A stretch of DNA of 64,000 nt from positions 3,740-67,739 of the forward strand of contig OY970181.1 in assembly GCA_963708045.1 (NCBI GenBank). The letters run 5' to 3'. Made by a program: the position numbers and the translations under genes. Shown here piece by piece: positions 9,349-18,625 of the stretch. Every line of letters begins with the position of its first letter. Position 1 is the stretch's first letter. The notes beneath the pieces are model-generated. The model was not told the DNA's origin. It was given only the letters and a program-made list of their open reading frames with translations, and searched no databases. The stretch is from an uncultured bacterium (GTDB lineage Bacteria > Patescibacteriota > Patescibacteriia > CAIQCM01).

Positions 9349-9471
9349 ATCTATTAGTAGCAGTAACACGACACATTATTTCCGTCAAGGATTTTTACTT
9401 AAAAAATATAAAATTATGAAAACTAACCTCTCAATAAATTTAGCTCTGTTAAGCCAAAAAATCTATCAAGA

Positions 9472-9598
9472 AAACCTTGAAAGACGGAATTTTTTCGCCG
9501 AAACGGTTAAGCCCTTAATCTCAAAAAATAAAGATAAAAAAAAATAATGATGATTATTTCTAATTTTTGAGGCGAAAAAATTCCGGCTTTCAAGGTTT
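9472..9598. repeat. 28-bp inverted repeat pair, MITE-like or structured RNA
   Basis: AAACCTTGAAAGACGGAATTTTTTCGCC (9472-9499) versus its complement at 9571-9598, one mismatch. Confidence 0.7.
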
Positions 9599-9601
9599 AT
9601 C

Positions 9602-10318
9602 TTAAACCGCCACCGGAAACCACAGCGCCGTTTCTAGCCGATAGCGCAAAAGCGGCGCGGTAAAAACCGCAAGATCAGCACCGGCGCAAATTGGCGCAAC
9701 GGGAATTGGCAAAGCCGCGTGCGCGCGAAGCAGATTAAAAGTATTTTCTGAGGCACGAATGGCAGTTGGGTCGGTTGGATGACAATGGACACAAACCGCT
9801 CCCCCGTGCGCCGCGGAAACGGCACAAATTTTTTCCGAACGGCAAATAACACATTCATCCAGTTCCGGACGATAACCGGCGTGCGATAACAGTTTTAAAA
9901 TAAACGCATCGCGAAGCGATCCAGCGTGTTCAACAGCGATCGTTTCCGCCGCACCGAGCGATTCGGAAAGCAATTCAAAAATTTCTCGGTCAACCGCTTC
10001 TGGTCGCGTCACCAGATCGACTAAACGAATAAAACAAGCGGCGTAGCGCATCCGCCAAAGTGAAAGTGAAAGCGCCGGAAATCGTTCTGCCGTTTCTACA
10101 CCAATAAGAAGTGGTCGCGAACGCCCTTCATAAATAAGCGTTCGGACGACGGCATAGTCTGAAAGCGGCGGTTGAAGTTTGGAAAGCGTTTTTCTGGCAC
10201 CGCGCACGCGTACCTCAATTTTCCCCCGCCGTTCGGTAAGGAGCGTATACAACCGGTCGTGTTCGGCAAGGTCGCGATGCCCGAGCACGATTGCTTTTGT
10301 TTGTAAGTAATTAGCCAT
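9602..10318 (-). CDS. recO: DNA repair protein RecO
   Basis: N-terminal OB-fold pattern (EHDRLYTLLTERRGK..VRGARK), GYRPELDECVIC zinc finger. Confidence 0.9.
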   Translation of the reverse strand: MANYLQTKAIVLGHRDLAEHDRLYTLLTERRGKIEVRVRGARKTLSKLQPPLSDYAVVRTLIYEGRSRPLLIGVETAERFPALSLSLWRMRYAACFIRLVDLVTRPEAVDREIFELLSESLGAAETIAVEHAGSLRDAFILKLLSHAGYRPELDECVICRSEKICAVSAAHGGAVCVHCHPTDPTAIRASENTFNLLRAHAALPIPVAPICAGADLAVFTAPLLRYRLETALWFPVAV

Positions 10319-10323
10319 TTACT

Positions 10324-10355
10324 AAACTTTTAACTGTTAACTTTTAACTTTTTAG
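10324..10355. repeat. Period-7 array, left arm (TAACTTT family)
   Basis: AAACTTT TAACTGT TAACTTT TAACTTT TTAG. Confidence 0.8.
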
Positions 10356-10381
10356 AAAACACCAATACCGAGGTCGAAATT

Positions 10382-10861
10382 TTATGGACAAGCTTGAGGA
10401 ACTGGAACTGGAACATTTTGATCAACGCCAAACCATTCAACCCGTCCGGAAGTACCCTGGAATTGTCCGGGGGCAACAACCGAGAGAGCTTGACCATCAG
10501 CCGCCGTCGGAACATTTTCAATAGAAATAGTATATCTAACCGCAGGATTAGAGAAGGCGCCAAATCCACCATATTCAAAATGATAATGCCCGCCGTAAGG
10601 AGGTTTTGGCCATTTAATGTACGGCGCCGACCACGTCGTTTCCCAGGTATCAGAAAAATCATGGTCAAAACAAGGATACCCGCCATTAGTATCAACATAC
10701 ATTTGCAAGGCGGTATTAATTTGTCGCAAATCACCCAAAACGCGCGCCGCTTTCCCTTTGGTTCTTGAAACACCCAAAGACACCACGGCGATGGTTGAAA
10801 GCAGGCCGACGATAGCGATTACGACCAGTAATTCTACTAAAGTAAAAGCGCGACGAGACAT
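10382..10861 (-). CDS. Type IV pilin/GspG-like prepilin
   Basis: AFTLVELLVVIAIVGLL N-methylation motif. Confidence 0.88.
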   Translation of the reverse strand: MSRRAFTLVELLVVIAIVGLLSTIAVVSLGVSRTKGKAARVLGDLRQINTALQMYVDTNGGYPCFDHDFSDTWETTWSAPYIKWPKPPYGGHYHFEYGGFGAFSNPAVRYTISIENVPTAADGQALSVVAPGQFQGTSGRVEWFGVDQNVPVPVPQACP

Positions 10862-10905
10862 AAGTCCGTCCTTATTATACCACTTTGACAAGACCCTGGC
10901 GCTGA

Positions 10906-11916
10906 TTAAAATTTCTTTGCCGTTGCTTTGTAATATTTTTTTATAAACTTATGAAACCGCCGGGCGGCCTCTTTTTTTCCAGCATCGGTTCGCGAAAGCA
11001 TATACAAATACGAAACCATTATTGCCGCCGCGTAAATGACGAAAAAAGAATCAAGCTCGTGATCAATTTTTGTGCCGCTACCGTCTTCATATCCGTTTAT
11101 AAAAGCGTCAAAAAGGTCGCGATTGTCGGTTAAAACCCAAATGTCGGTGCCAATCCGGTAAAGCGGCGTAAGCTCGTGTTCCACGAGCCATTCTTCCTTT
11201 GGCGGAAAGGCGTCTATTAAACAAAGCGCGCCATTAGTAAAAACAGCGTTATGGCTGTGCGCGTCGCCGCCGTGCCGAAGGGCGTCGCTTAATTTTCCTT
11301 CAAACAATTCTCTGTTTTTGTCGCGAAAAATATCTAAAAAATCACAATACTCTTTTGACTCGGCCTCATCAATATATTCGGCAACCGACTTAATCCACGC
11401 GCGCAAATCATTAATACGTCCACCGACCGTGTGGTAAAAACTTTTTCCTTTTATCTTGTGCGTATGCACGCGCTTAAGCGTTTCTGCAAGTTGCTTACCC
11501 ATGGCATACGACTCGTCTTTGGATATTTCGCCGCGCATTAATTTTTCAAACAGCACGTCTTTGGTGTCAAAACGTTTCATCACCATTACCAACTCTTCGG
11601 CTTTATCCGTTGGCTCGCAAAAATCAATATGACCATTAATTACTTTAATACCTTTTAATTCCAAATATATTGACGGACTTAAAGAATGATTCCATTCAAA
11701 GTCGCGTTTTGTAAAATCAAAGCGCGCCGACTTGGAAGAAATGTCGCGAAAACCTTTGTTAAAAAAATCATTATCATTTTTATAAAGTTTATAAACTAGA
11801 TCGCCAAAAACAAAGACGTTGGAAATAACGGTTTCAATATGCCGTGGCGGCTTACGCTCACCCAAAACCTTTCCTTGCTTAAACAAATCAATCAATTGTT
11901 TTTGCGAAGATGACAT
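10906..11916 (-). CDS. Aminoglycoside-phosphotransferase/kinase-like protein
   Basis: IETVISNVF..LVYKLYK, N..LSP.IY, HGGDAHSHN (HGDLH-like), LIDAF. Confidence 0.7.
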   Translation of the reverse strand: MSSSQKQLIDLFKQGKVLGERKPPRHIETVISNVFVFGDLVYKLYKNDNDFFNKGFRDISSKSARFDFTKRDFEWNHSLSPSIYLELKGIKVINGHIDFCEPTDKAEELVMVMKRFDTKDVLFEKLMRGEISKDESYAMGKQLAETLKRVHTHKIKGKSFYHTVGGRINDLRAWIKSVAEYIDEAESKEYCDFLDIFRDKNRELFEGKLSDALRHGGDAHSHNAVFTNGALCLIDAFPPKEEWLVEHELTPLYRIGTDIWVLTDNRDLFDAFINGYEDGSGTKIDHELDSFFVIYAAAIMVSYLYMLSRTDAGKKEAARRFHKFIKKYYKATAKKF

Positions 11917-11950
11917 AGAAACAGCTTAGCAATTACCCATAAAACTGAAA

Positions 11951-11997
11951 AGCGCGAACGGTTTAGGAGGCGTTATCCTCCAAAAACCGTCCGCGCT
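11951..11997 (-). terminator. Hairpin terminator after the inositol monophosphatase gene
   Basis: AGCGCGAACGGTTT.GGAGG ... CCTCC.AAACCGTCCGCGCT. Confidence 0.55.
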
Positions 11998-12004
11998 GGC
12001 TTGA

Positions 12005-12817
12005 TTACTTCTGTGGCTGCGATGCAAGCACCGCCTCTACAATCAGATCGTGGATCTTGCCATTCGACATGATGTGTCCCTCTATTTCACTACTGCCGCC
12101 GTAGCTGATCGGCCGACCGAAAATATCGGTCACTTTTCCGCCCGCCTCTTCAACAATCGGATGACCCGGAGCTGTATCGTGATACTTTTTTCCAGGGAAG
12201 ATAGTAGCAGCGAGTTCGCCGGTTGCGACGGCCGCCTCAAGGTAGCCAATGCTACAGAAATTGACGGTCATCACGCCTGCCGCCTCCAGACGTTTGCACA
12301 CGTCCAGAATATTGAAGGAGCATCCTGGCCAGGAAGCATAGCCGACCACTGGCATCTCCTTACCCCTGCGTTTGGCGATTTGCGAAACGTGTATCGGAAC
12401 ACCGTTCGCAAATGCCCCCTTGCCCCGTTCGGCCGAATACATCTGATGCTGGAATGGGTCGTAGATCACGCCCATCACTGGCACACAAATGTATATGAGT
12501 CCGATCATAAACGTTGAAACCGGCATTCCCCAGGTGTAAGGAAAGGTGCCGTCAATCGGATCGCAAGTGATCTGCCACGGACTGTTTGTCCGTGCGTTTT
12601 CTTCCTCGCCGATAATGTCCACGTACGTAGAGATCTTGCGAACAGCCTCAATCACAAGGCGATTGACGCTCGTATCGGCCTCTGTAAATGGCGTGGCGTC
12701 ATCCTTCACCTGACGCGCAATACCACCGCCGGGGACGAAGAGGTTGCTAATGATCGTACCGGCGTTAGTAGCAATGTTCTGTAACTCGTGGAGCTGGATA
12801 GGAGTAGGGGTTCGCAT
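12005..12817 (-). CDS. Inositol monophosphatase family protein
   Basis: TEAD, IIGEE, DPIDGT, DTAPG..IVEEAGGKVTD. Confidence 0.9.
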   Translation of the reverse strand: MRTPTPIQLHELQNIATNAGTIISNLFVPGGGIARQVKDDATPFTEADTSVNRLVIEAVRKISTYVDIIGEEENARTNSPWQITCDPIDGTFPYTWGMPVSTFMIGLIYICVPVMGVIYDPFQHQMYSAERGKGAFANGVPIHVSQIAKRRGKEMPVVGYASWPGCSFNILDVCKRLEAAGVMTVNFCSIGYLEAAVATGELAATIFPGKKYHDTAPGHPIVEEAGGKVTDIFGRPISYGGSSEIEGHIMSNGKIHDLIVEAVLASQPQK

Positions 12818-12940
12818 CTTACACGACCCTTCTTCGGCGCCAAGCCGAAAAAATTGTTGTTGATTGGTGAACTGAAAGGAACACTTTTGCCTTTAAATAA
12901 TCAAAAACAAAAGCGCATTTTCCAGTTATTTTAACTGTAA

Positions 12941-12969
12941 AACATACCATAAATTATCATTTTTGTCAA
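12941..12969 (-). promoter_or_regulatory. sigma70-type promoter
   Basis: TTGACA-N17-TATGTT with extended TG. Confidence 0.6.
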
Positions 12970-12977
12970 CATCAATA

Positions 12978-13009
12978 CCTATTTGTAAAGGTTTCGCCTC
13001 AACAAAATA
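12978..13009. repeat. Dispersed degenerate copy of the RAYT-associated REP
   Basis: AGGTTTCGCCTCAACAAAATA is the reverse complement of part of the REP at 53976-54012. Confidence 0.7.
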
Positions 13010-13037
13010 AAAGTTAAAAGTTAACAGTTAAAAGTTA
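13008..13037. repeat. Period-7 array, right arm (AAAAGTT family); supplies the map stop codon
   Basis: AAAAGTT AAAAGTT AACAGTT AAAAGTT A. Confidence 0.8.
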
Positions 13038-13829
13038 TAAATTAGGCAAGGGCGTTAAAATTTCCGCGCCATCGTCCGTTACGACAATCGTCATTTCCCA
13101 ATGCGCCGCAAGCGAATGGTCGGCGGTTTTAACCGTCCAGCCGTCGGGCATAAATTTTACACGCCAAGTGCCGGCGTTAATCATTGGTTCAATCGCAAGC
13201 ACCATCCCCTTTTTTAAAATCATATCTCGCGAATTTGCATCAACAAAATTTGGCACGGCTGGTTCTTCATGCACAGCATAACCAACGCCGTGGCCAGTCA
13301 AGTCACGGACAACGCCGTAACCATTTTTTTCGGCGTGCGTTTGAACAGCACGGCTAATGTCGGAAATTCTTGAACCGGACTTAACGGTGGAAACGCCGCG
13401 TTCCAAACATTCACGCGTCACCTTAATTAGTCGTTCGGCTGGCGGCGTTATTTTCCCAACCGCCACCGTCATTGCCATATCGGTAAAAAATCCGTCTACT
13501 GCCGGATACTGCATCCCAATGTCCAAACTAATAATATCGCCGTCTTTTAAAATTCTCCCAGGATGCGCCAACCCGTGCACCACCTCGTCGTTTATTGAAG
13601 TGCAAACGGTAGAGTTATAAGCCATTTTTACGCCGCTAATTTTATAACCCTTAAAGGCAGGCTTGCCGCCGGCTTTTAATATTTCTTTTTCCGCAAGGTC
13701 GTCTAGGTCGGAGGTAGAAACTCCGGGCGCGACCCGCGCCGCCACTTTACAAAGAACACGACTAAGCAACCGTCCGCCGCGAAGGATGGCTGCAATCTCT
13801 GCCTCGGTTTTAATGATGCCGGTCTTCAT
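13035..13829 (-). CDS. map: Methionine aminopeptidase type I
   Basis: CTSINDEVVHG, DMAMT, GHGVG..VHEEP, AIEPMIN, AAHWE. Confidence 0.96.
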   Translation of the reverse strand: MKTGIIKTEAEIAAILRGGRLLSRVLCKVAARVAPGVSTSDLDDLAEKEILKAGGKPAFKGYKISGVKMAYNSTVCTSINDEVVHGLAHPGRILKDGDIISLDIGMQYPAVDGFFTDMAMTVAVGKITPPAERLIKVTRECLERGVSTVKSGSRISDISRAVQTHAEKNGYGVVRDLTGHGVGYAVHEEPAVPNFVDANSRDMILKKGMVLAIEPMINAGTWRVKFMPDGWTVKTADHSLAAHWEMTIVVTDDGAEILTPLPNL

Positions 13830-14496
13830 GAATTTTCAATCCTTTATCGCAAAAATTTATCATATCAATAATCCGTTTGCGCACTTCTTCAATATTTCCC
13901 TGTCCATCAACGCGGCGCAAAGCGCGACGACGCCGATAGAAACGCAAAACCGGAATTGTATCTTCGCGGTAACTCGCAAGTCGCTCCTTAATAATCGCCG
14001 GCTTATCATCGTCGCGATGAATAATCTTACCGCCGCAACGATCGCAAATTCCTTTTTTCTTTGGCCGATCAGCCTGAAGATGATAATTATGCCCGCACCC
14101 CGAACAGATTCTTCGTCCGGAAATGCGCCCAATGACTTCGTGATCGGTAATGGAAATTAAAATGGCGTGCGTAATATGAGCGACTTTTTCCAACATGCGC
14201 GCTTGAATAATATCGCGCGGACTGCCATCAATGACGATGCCGTTTTTCGCGTCGGGCTTGCCGAGGCGACGACGCAGTAGTTCAAAAGTCATATCGTTTG
14301 AAACGAGCGCGCCGGTCGCAACTGCAGCGGCCGCTTTTTTACCGATCGTCGTTCCTTTTTTAATCTCTTCGCGAAACATTTTACCGACAGAAACAAAGGG
14401 AATGCCTAAGGCATGGGCTAATGGTTCAGCCTGCGTTCCCTTGCCCGACCCGGGTTTGCCGATAAGAACAATTACTTCGCGATGAGTTTTTTGCAT
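13810..14496 (-). CDS. adk: Adenylate kinase
   Basis: GKPGSGKGTQA, DGSPR, zinc LID CxxC...CxxC, RDDD. Confidence 0.94.
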   Translation of the reverse strand: MQKTHREVIVLIGKPGSGKGTQAEPLAHALGIPFVSVGKMFREEIKKGTTIGKKAAAAVATGALVSNDMTFELLRRRLGKPDAKNGIVIDGSPRDIIQARMLEKVAHITHAILISITDHEVIGRISGRRICSGCGHNYHLQADRPKKKGICDRCGGKIIHRDDDKPAIIKERLASYREDTIPVLRFYRRRRALRRVDGQGNIEEVRKRIIDMINFCDKGLKIHEDRHH

Positions 14497-14562
14497 ACAG
14501 GAGAAAGTGGTTAAAAAACAAACGACTGGCGGCAAAAGTGCCGTCAGTCATTGTATCATGAA

Positions 14563-14799
14563 TTATTCAAGTGAAAAAAATGTTTCTTTAATTTCATCAA
14601 GATCAATATTTGACAGCGCGTGGTGTTCCTTAAATTCATGAAGCAAATGCCGCAGATCCGCTTCCCACAACTTTTTTCCAATATAAGGATGCAGTTTTTC
14701 TCTAAGCATTTCCCGTTGCGACTGCTGAAGCGAATGAATACCGAAAGTAATCTTTTTAAGCGATTCGCTCGTAAGTTCAACGAAGCGAGTGTTTAGCAT
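14563..14799 (-). CDS. Hypothetical protein, 78 aa
   Basis: Starts directly after the secY stop; helical composition. Confidence 0.6.
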   Translation of the reverse strand: MLNTRFVELTSESLKKITFGIHSLQQSQREMLREKLHPYIGKKLWEADLRHLLHEFKEHHALSNIDLDEIKETFFSLE

Positions 14800-14800
14800 A

Positions 14801-16087
14801 TTATGCCGCGTCGTACTCGCGCATTATCATTTGCGCTTCTATTTGATGAACCGTTTCAATAATTACTGAGACAACGATAAGAAGCGAGGTTCCGCCAATA
14901 ACCAAATTTTGCGTTCCAGTAAACTGAGATACAGCGAGCGGCAAAACGGCAATCGCTGCAAGAAAGACAGCGCCAACGATTAAAACGCGATTAATCACGT
15001 ATTGCAGATATTGTGCCGTTGGCAGCCCGGGACGAATACCGGGAATATAACCGCCTTGTTTTTGAAGATTTTCAGCAACTTGTTCGGGGCGAAAAATTAC
15101 CGCCGTGTAGAAATAAGTGAAGAAAACAACAAGAATAAAATAGGCAATCGCGTAGAGTAGCTGATTCTTTGAAACCTCATAAACCCAGCTCGCCGCCGAA
15201 GCCAGCCACGCCGTTTTCGCGCCCAAAAGATATTGCGCAATAAGCGGCGGGAACAAAATTATGGAGATGGCAAAAATAATCGGGATCACACCACCCATAT
15301 TAACGCGCAGCGGCAAATGTGTGGTTGATCCGCCCGTTGTGGCTTGTCCGCGAACAAAACGCGCGTAGGTAACCGGAATATTTCGCTGAGCCTCGGTAAT
15401 AAAGACAACACCCGCAATCGTGATAACGCCGATGACCAGATAAGAAACAATATTGATTATCTGTGTTGCGTCAAAAGTCGTTGCCGCTTGTTGAACCATT
15501 GCCGGAAGACGAGCAACAATGCCAGCAAAAATGATAAGGGAAATTCCATTTCCAACCTTTTTTTCAGAAATTATTTCACCAATCCACATTAGGAACATTG
15601 AACCGGCTGTCATTGCGACAATAACCGTCGCGAGCTGGTAAATAGAAAGATCACCTAAAATCGCTTGACGCGAGCTTTGGTTAATAAGTTTAATAACGCC
15701 GTATGACTGAAGCGCGGCCAAAGGCACGGCCAAAACGCGCATATACTGGTTAAGCCGACGTTGTCCCGACTCCCCTTCTTTTTGAATCTCTTCAAGGCGC
15801 GGGATAACCATTGTGAGAAGCTGAACAATGATAGAAGCGGTGATATACGGACCAACACCCATCGCCGTTACGGAGAAGTTTTGGAACGTACCGCCAGAAA
15901 AAACGTTAAGCAAGCCGAGGTATTGGTTTGACGCAAAAAATTTACGAAGCGCTTCAATGTCCACGCCCGGGATCGGAATATGCGAGGTCAAACGGAAAAG
16001 AAAAAGAATTCCCAAAACCACAAGAATACTGTTACGCACTTCTTTTATCCGCCAAATCATTGCTAATTTTTTAAGATGAGTGGTCAT
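14801..16087 (-). CDS. secY: Preprotein translocase SecY
   Basis: MGVGPYITASII, GNGISLIIFAGI, IPGIRPG, GGTSLLIVV. Confidence 0.97.
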   Translation of the reverse strand: MTTHLKKLAMIWRIKEVRNSILVVLGILFLFRLTSHIPIPGVDIEALRKFFASNQYLGLLNVFSGGTFQNFSVTAMGVGPYITASIIVQLLTMVIPRLEEIQKEGESGQRRLNQYMRVLAVPLAALQSYGVIKLINQSSRQAILGDLSIYQLATVIVAMTAGSMFLMWIGEIISEKKVGNGISLIIFAGIVARLPAMVQQAATTFDATQIINIVSYLVIGVITIAGVVFITEAQRNIPVTYARFVRGQATTGGSTTHLPLRVNMGGVIPIIFAISIILFPPLIAQYLLGAKTAWLASAASWVYEVSKNQLLYAIAYFILVVFFTYFYTAVIFRPEQVAENLQKQGGYIPGIRPGLPTAQYLQYVINRVLIVGAVFLAAIAVLPLAVSQFTGTQNLVIGGTSLLIVVSVIIETVHQIEAQMIMREYDAA

Positions 16088-16121
16088 TTGTTTGGTTTTT
16101 AACACGGCCGACCGTTGGCTT

Positions 16122-16562
16122 TTAGCCAACAATGGAACCGCCTGCGGCTTCAATTTTTTTCTTTGCGCCTGCTGTCACACCAAGTCCTTTGATCGTAAGT
16201 TTAACATTTACTTTTCCGCCATCAACAAACTTTGCGGAACGCGCTGTCGCAGCAAGCAAATGTTCTTTTGCAAGCGTGCCGAGAGTAATTGTCGCGCCGC
16301 TTTTAAAAACATTAAGAACGTCAACCGGCAAGGCAATTGACTTTTTGTGAATAGAAGCAAAGCCGCCGAGTTTTGGCGTGCTCCGGATTGATTGCTTCAT
16401 ACCAATTTGGCGCAAATTTTTTCGTCCACCTTGGCGAGCGCGCTGTCCCTTAGTTCCTTTGCCCGCGGTTGTACCGCGACCAGACGCGTTACCGCGACCA
16501 AGTCGCTTGGTCTTTTGTTTCGCTCCGACCGCCGGACGCAAATTGTGGAGAGAGATCGTCAT
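16122..16562 (-). CDS. rplO: 50S ribosomal protein L15
   Basis: RLGRGNASGRGTTAGKGTKGQRAR; KIEAAGG. Confidence 0.96.
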   Translation of the reverse strand: MTISLHNLRPAVGAKQKTKRLGRGNASGRGTTAGKGTKGQRARQGGRKNLRQIGMKQSIRSTPKLGGFASIHKKSIALPVDVLNVFKSGATITLGTLAKEHLLAATARSAKFVDGGKVNVKLTIKGLGVTAGAKKKIEAAGGSIVG

Positions 16563-16567
16563 AATAT

Positions 16568-17062
16568 CTAGCGATTTTTGAATTTAGAGAGGGCGAGCAT
16601 TGTCGCCTTGAGCATGTTAATCTTGTTCTTTCCGTTTAGAATTTTTCCGATAACGTTCGGCACGCCGCCCAGTTCCAAAACCGTGCGTACCGCGCCGCCC
16701 GCCTTAATTCCCGAGCCTTGCGGCGCCGGCTTAAGCATAACCATTGAGGCCCCAAACTTAGCACGCGTTTCGTGCGGAATTGTCCCCTTAATGATCGTGA
16801 TCGTGATCATCCGTTTTTTGGCATCGCGAGCCGCTTTGTTAACCGAAAAAGTAACATCGTTACCTTTGCCAACACCAAAACCGACGTGACCCTTTTTATC
16901 GCCAACGACAACCGTCGCGCGAAAACGCATCCGTTTTCCGCCTTTGGTTACGCGTGTGACGCGGGCAATATCCAAAATCTTCTGTTCAAATTCTTTTTCT
17001 TCGCGGATTACTTCCCCGCGTCGTGGTCCCCGGTCTTCTTTTCCTCGCATTTGTGCAGTCAT
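16568..17062 (-). CDS. rpsE: 30S ribosomal protein S5
   Basis: RVTRVTKGGKRMRF, PAPQGSGIKAGG. Confidence 0.97.
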   Translation of the reverse strand: MTAQMRGKEDRGPRRGEVIREEKEFEQKILDIARVTRVTKGGKRMRFRATVVVGDKKGHVGFGVGKGNDVTFSVNKAARDAKKRMITITIIKGTIPHETRAKFGASMVMLKPAPQGSGIKAGGAVRTVLELGGVPNVIGKILNGKNKINMLKATMLALSKFKNR

Positions 17063-17080
17063 AGGTCTTTTTGCTATTTG

Positions 17081-17452
17081 CTAAAAAATGAGTCCGCCTT
17101 CGCGCGCGGCATCGGCCAAAGCCTTAACTCAACCGTGATAACGATGGGCGCGGCGATCAAAAACAACGGTGGTAACGCCGGCTTTCTTTGCCTTTTCCGC
17201 GATTAATTTTCCGACCGCGGCGGCCGTTGTTACTTTGCCTTCAAGCTTTTCTTTTATTTCGTGATCACCAGCTGCAACCAAAGTGCGTCCATTTTCATCA
17301 TTAATGATCTGCGCGCGCATATGCTTTAAGCTGCGCTCCACAACCAAACGAGGGCGTCCCGCGGTGCCAAAAACAACCGCGCGTACACGCGCGATGCGGC
17401 GAGCCTTCATAAAATTATTGCGCTTCCCTTTGTTTTTTATTTTTATTCCCAT
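17081..17452 (-). CDS. rplR: 50S ribosomal protein L18 with in-frame TGA at 17129-17131 in place of a conserved Arg
   Basis: RPRLVV.RS, VVFDR..RYHG*VKALADAAREGGLIF continues in frame to TAG at 17081. Confidence 0.93.
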
Positions 17453-17481
17453 ATTCTTTTTGCTATTTGCTACACGCAAGA

Positions 17482-18039
17482 TTACTTGGCGCCAGCGGCC
17501 TTCGCTGCCTTACCAGCCTTCTGTCTAACCACCTCGCCAACATAACGAATACCCTTACCCTTATACGGTTCCGGCTTTTTAAGTTTTCTGATTTTCGCGG
17601 CGACTTCGCCAACCTGCTGTTTGTCAGAGCCAGAAAGAGTAATGACGTTCTTTTCAACTTTCGCTTCAACCCCCTTTGGAAGTTCAAAAACAACAGGATG
17701 AGAAAAACCGAGTTCAAGATTCAACTTGTTTCCGGCAAGCGCGGCTTTAAAACCAACGCCAATAAGTTCCAACGATTTGCTAAAACCAGTCGTCACGCCA
17801 TCAAACATATTCCGGATAATCTTGTGGGTAAGCCCCCAAAGCCCGCGATCCAAAAGCGTGTCTGGAAAGGCAACGCCAACGCTCACGGTCTTTTCGGCAT
17901 CGTTAACAGTAATAATGGCGTGCGGGTGGACATGAAAAACAAGTTCGCCCTTTGGCCCTTTTACGTTAACCACACCTTCGTGATATTTAACCGTAACGGC
18001 TCCTGGTATTTTAATTGGTTTTTTTCCTAAGCGGCTCAT
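17482..18039 (-). CDS. rplF: 50S ribosomal protein L6
   Basis: MSRLGKKPI, LGFSHPV, PEPYKGKGIRY. Confidence 0.97.
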   Translation of the reverse strand: MSRLGKKPIKIPGAVTVKYHEGVVNVKGPKGELVFHVHPHAIITVNDAEKTVSVGVAFPDTLLDRGLWGLTHKIIRNMFDGVTTGFSKSLELIGVGFKAALAGNKLNLELGFSHPVVFELPKGVEAKVEKNVITLSGSDKQQVGEVAAKIRKLKKPEPYKGKGIRYVGEVVRQKAGKAAKAAGAK

Positions 18040-18045
18040 AAAGGT

Positions 18046-18426
18046 TTAGTAAATTTCACAGACAATCTCGCCACCAAGCGACCGCATCTTGGCTTCAACG
18101 TTAGTCATTAATCCTTGTGAAGTGGAAATAATCGCAATGCCTCGTCCCGAAAGAACCATTGGCAATTCATCATGCTTGCGATAAACGCGTCGTCCAGGCT
18201 TGGAAATACGTTTAATGTCCGTAACAGCTGCAAGTCCATTCACAAAACGAATCGTAAATGAAAGCTCTTTACCGTCATTCTTAACATCTTCTAGATAACC
18301 TTCTTTTTCCAGAATTTTCGCAATCGTGAATTTAATTTTTGAATTCGGCAAAGCAACCTCGCGCTTTTTCGCGGCGGCGGCATTCCTAATTCTTGTTAAC
18401 ATGTCGGCGATAGGATCGGTCATCAT
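18046..18426 (-). CDS. rpsH: 30S ribosomal protein S8
   Basis: TDPIADMLTRIRNA, RISKPGRRVY, STSQGLMT. Confidence 0.97.
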   Translation of the reverse strand: MMTDPIADMLTRIRNAAAAKKREVALPNSKIKFTIAKILEKEGYLEDVKNDGKELSFTIRFVNGLAAVTDIKRISKPGRRVYRKHDELPMVLSGRGIAIISTSQGLMTNVEAKMRSLGGEIVCEIY

Positions 18427-18431
18427 ATGGT

Positions 18432-18620
18432 TTACCAGCTAGCTTTAACGACTCCAGGGATTTCTCCGCGGTTGGCCAATTCACGGAAGCAAATGCGACA
18501 AAGTTCAAAGTCGCGCATGTATCCGCGTTTTCGGCCGCAACGCCAACAACGGCGAACGATCCGGGTCGTAAATTTCGGTTTGCGTTTAAAGGTTTTATTG
18601 TATTGGGAAGTCGTTGACAT
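18432..18620 (-). CDS. rpsZ: 30S ribosomal protein S14, zinc-binding type Z
   Basis: RCWRCGR...[22 protein letters not shown]. Confidence 0.96.
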   Translation of the reverse strand: MSTTSQYNKTFKRKPKFTTRIVRRCWRCGRKRGYMRDFELCRICFRELANRGEIPGVVKASW

Positions 18621-18625
18621 AGGAT

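Noticed and set aside
16563-16567. Absence of rpmD (L30) between rpsE and rplO
   Set aside because: Real, but a known CPR trait; used only as taxonomic evidence.
17129-17131. Genetic code 25 (TGA=Gly) or global TGA reassignment
   Set aside because: The rplR TGA aligns to Arg, not Gly. scpB, trxB, gdhA and others end at TGA at the expected length, and long genes have no internal TGA.
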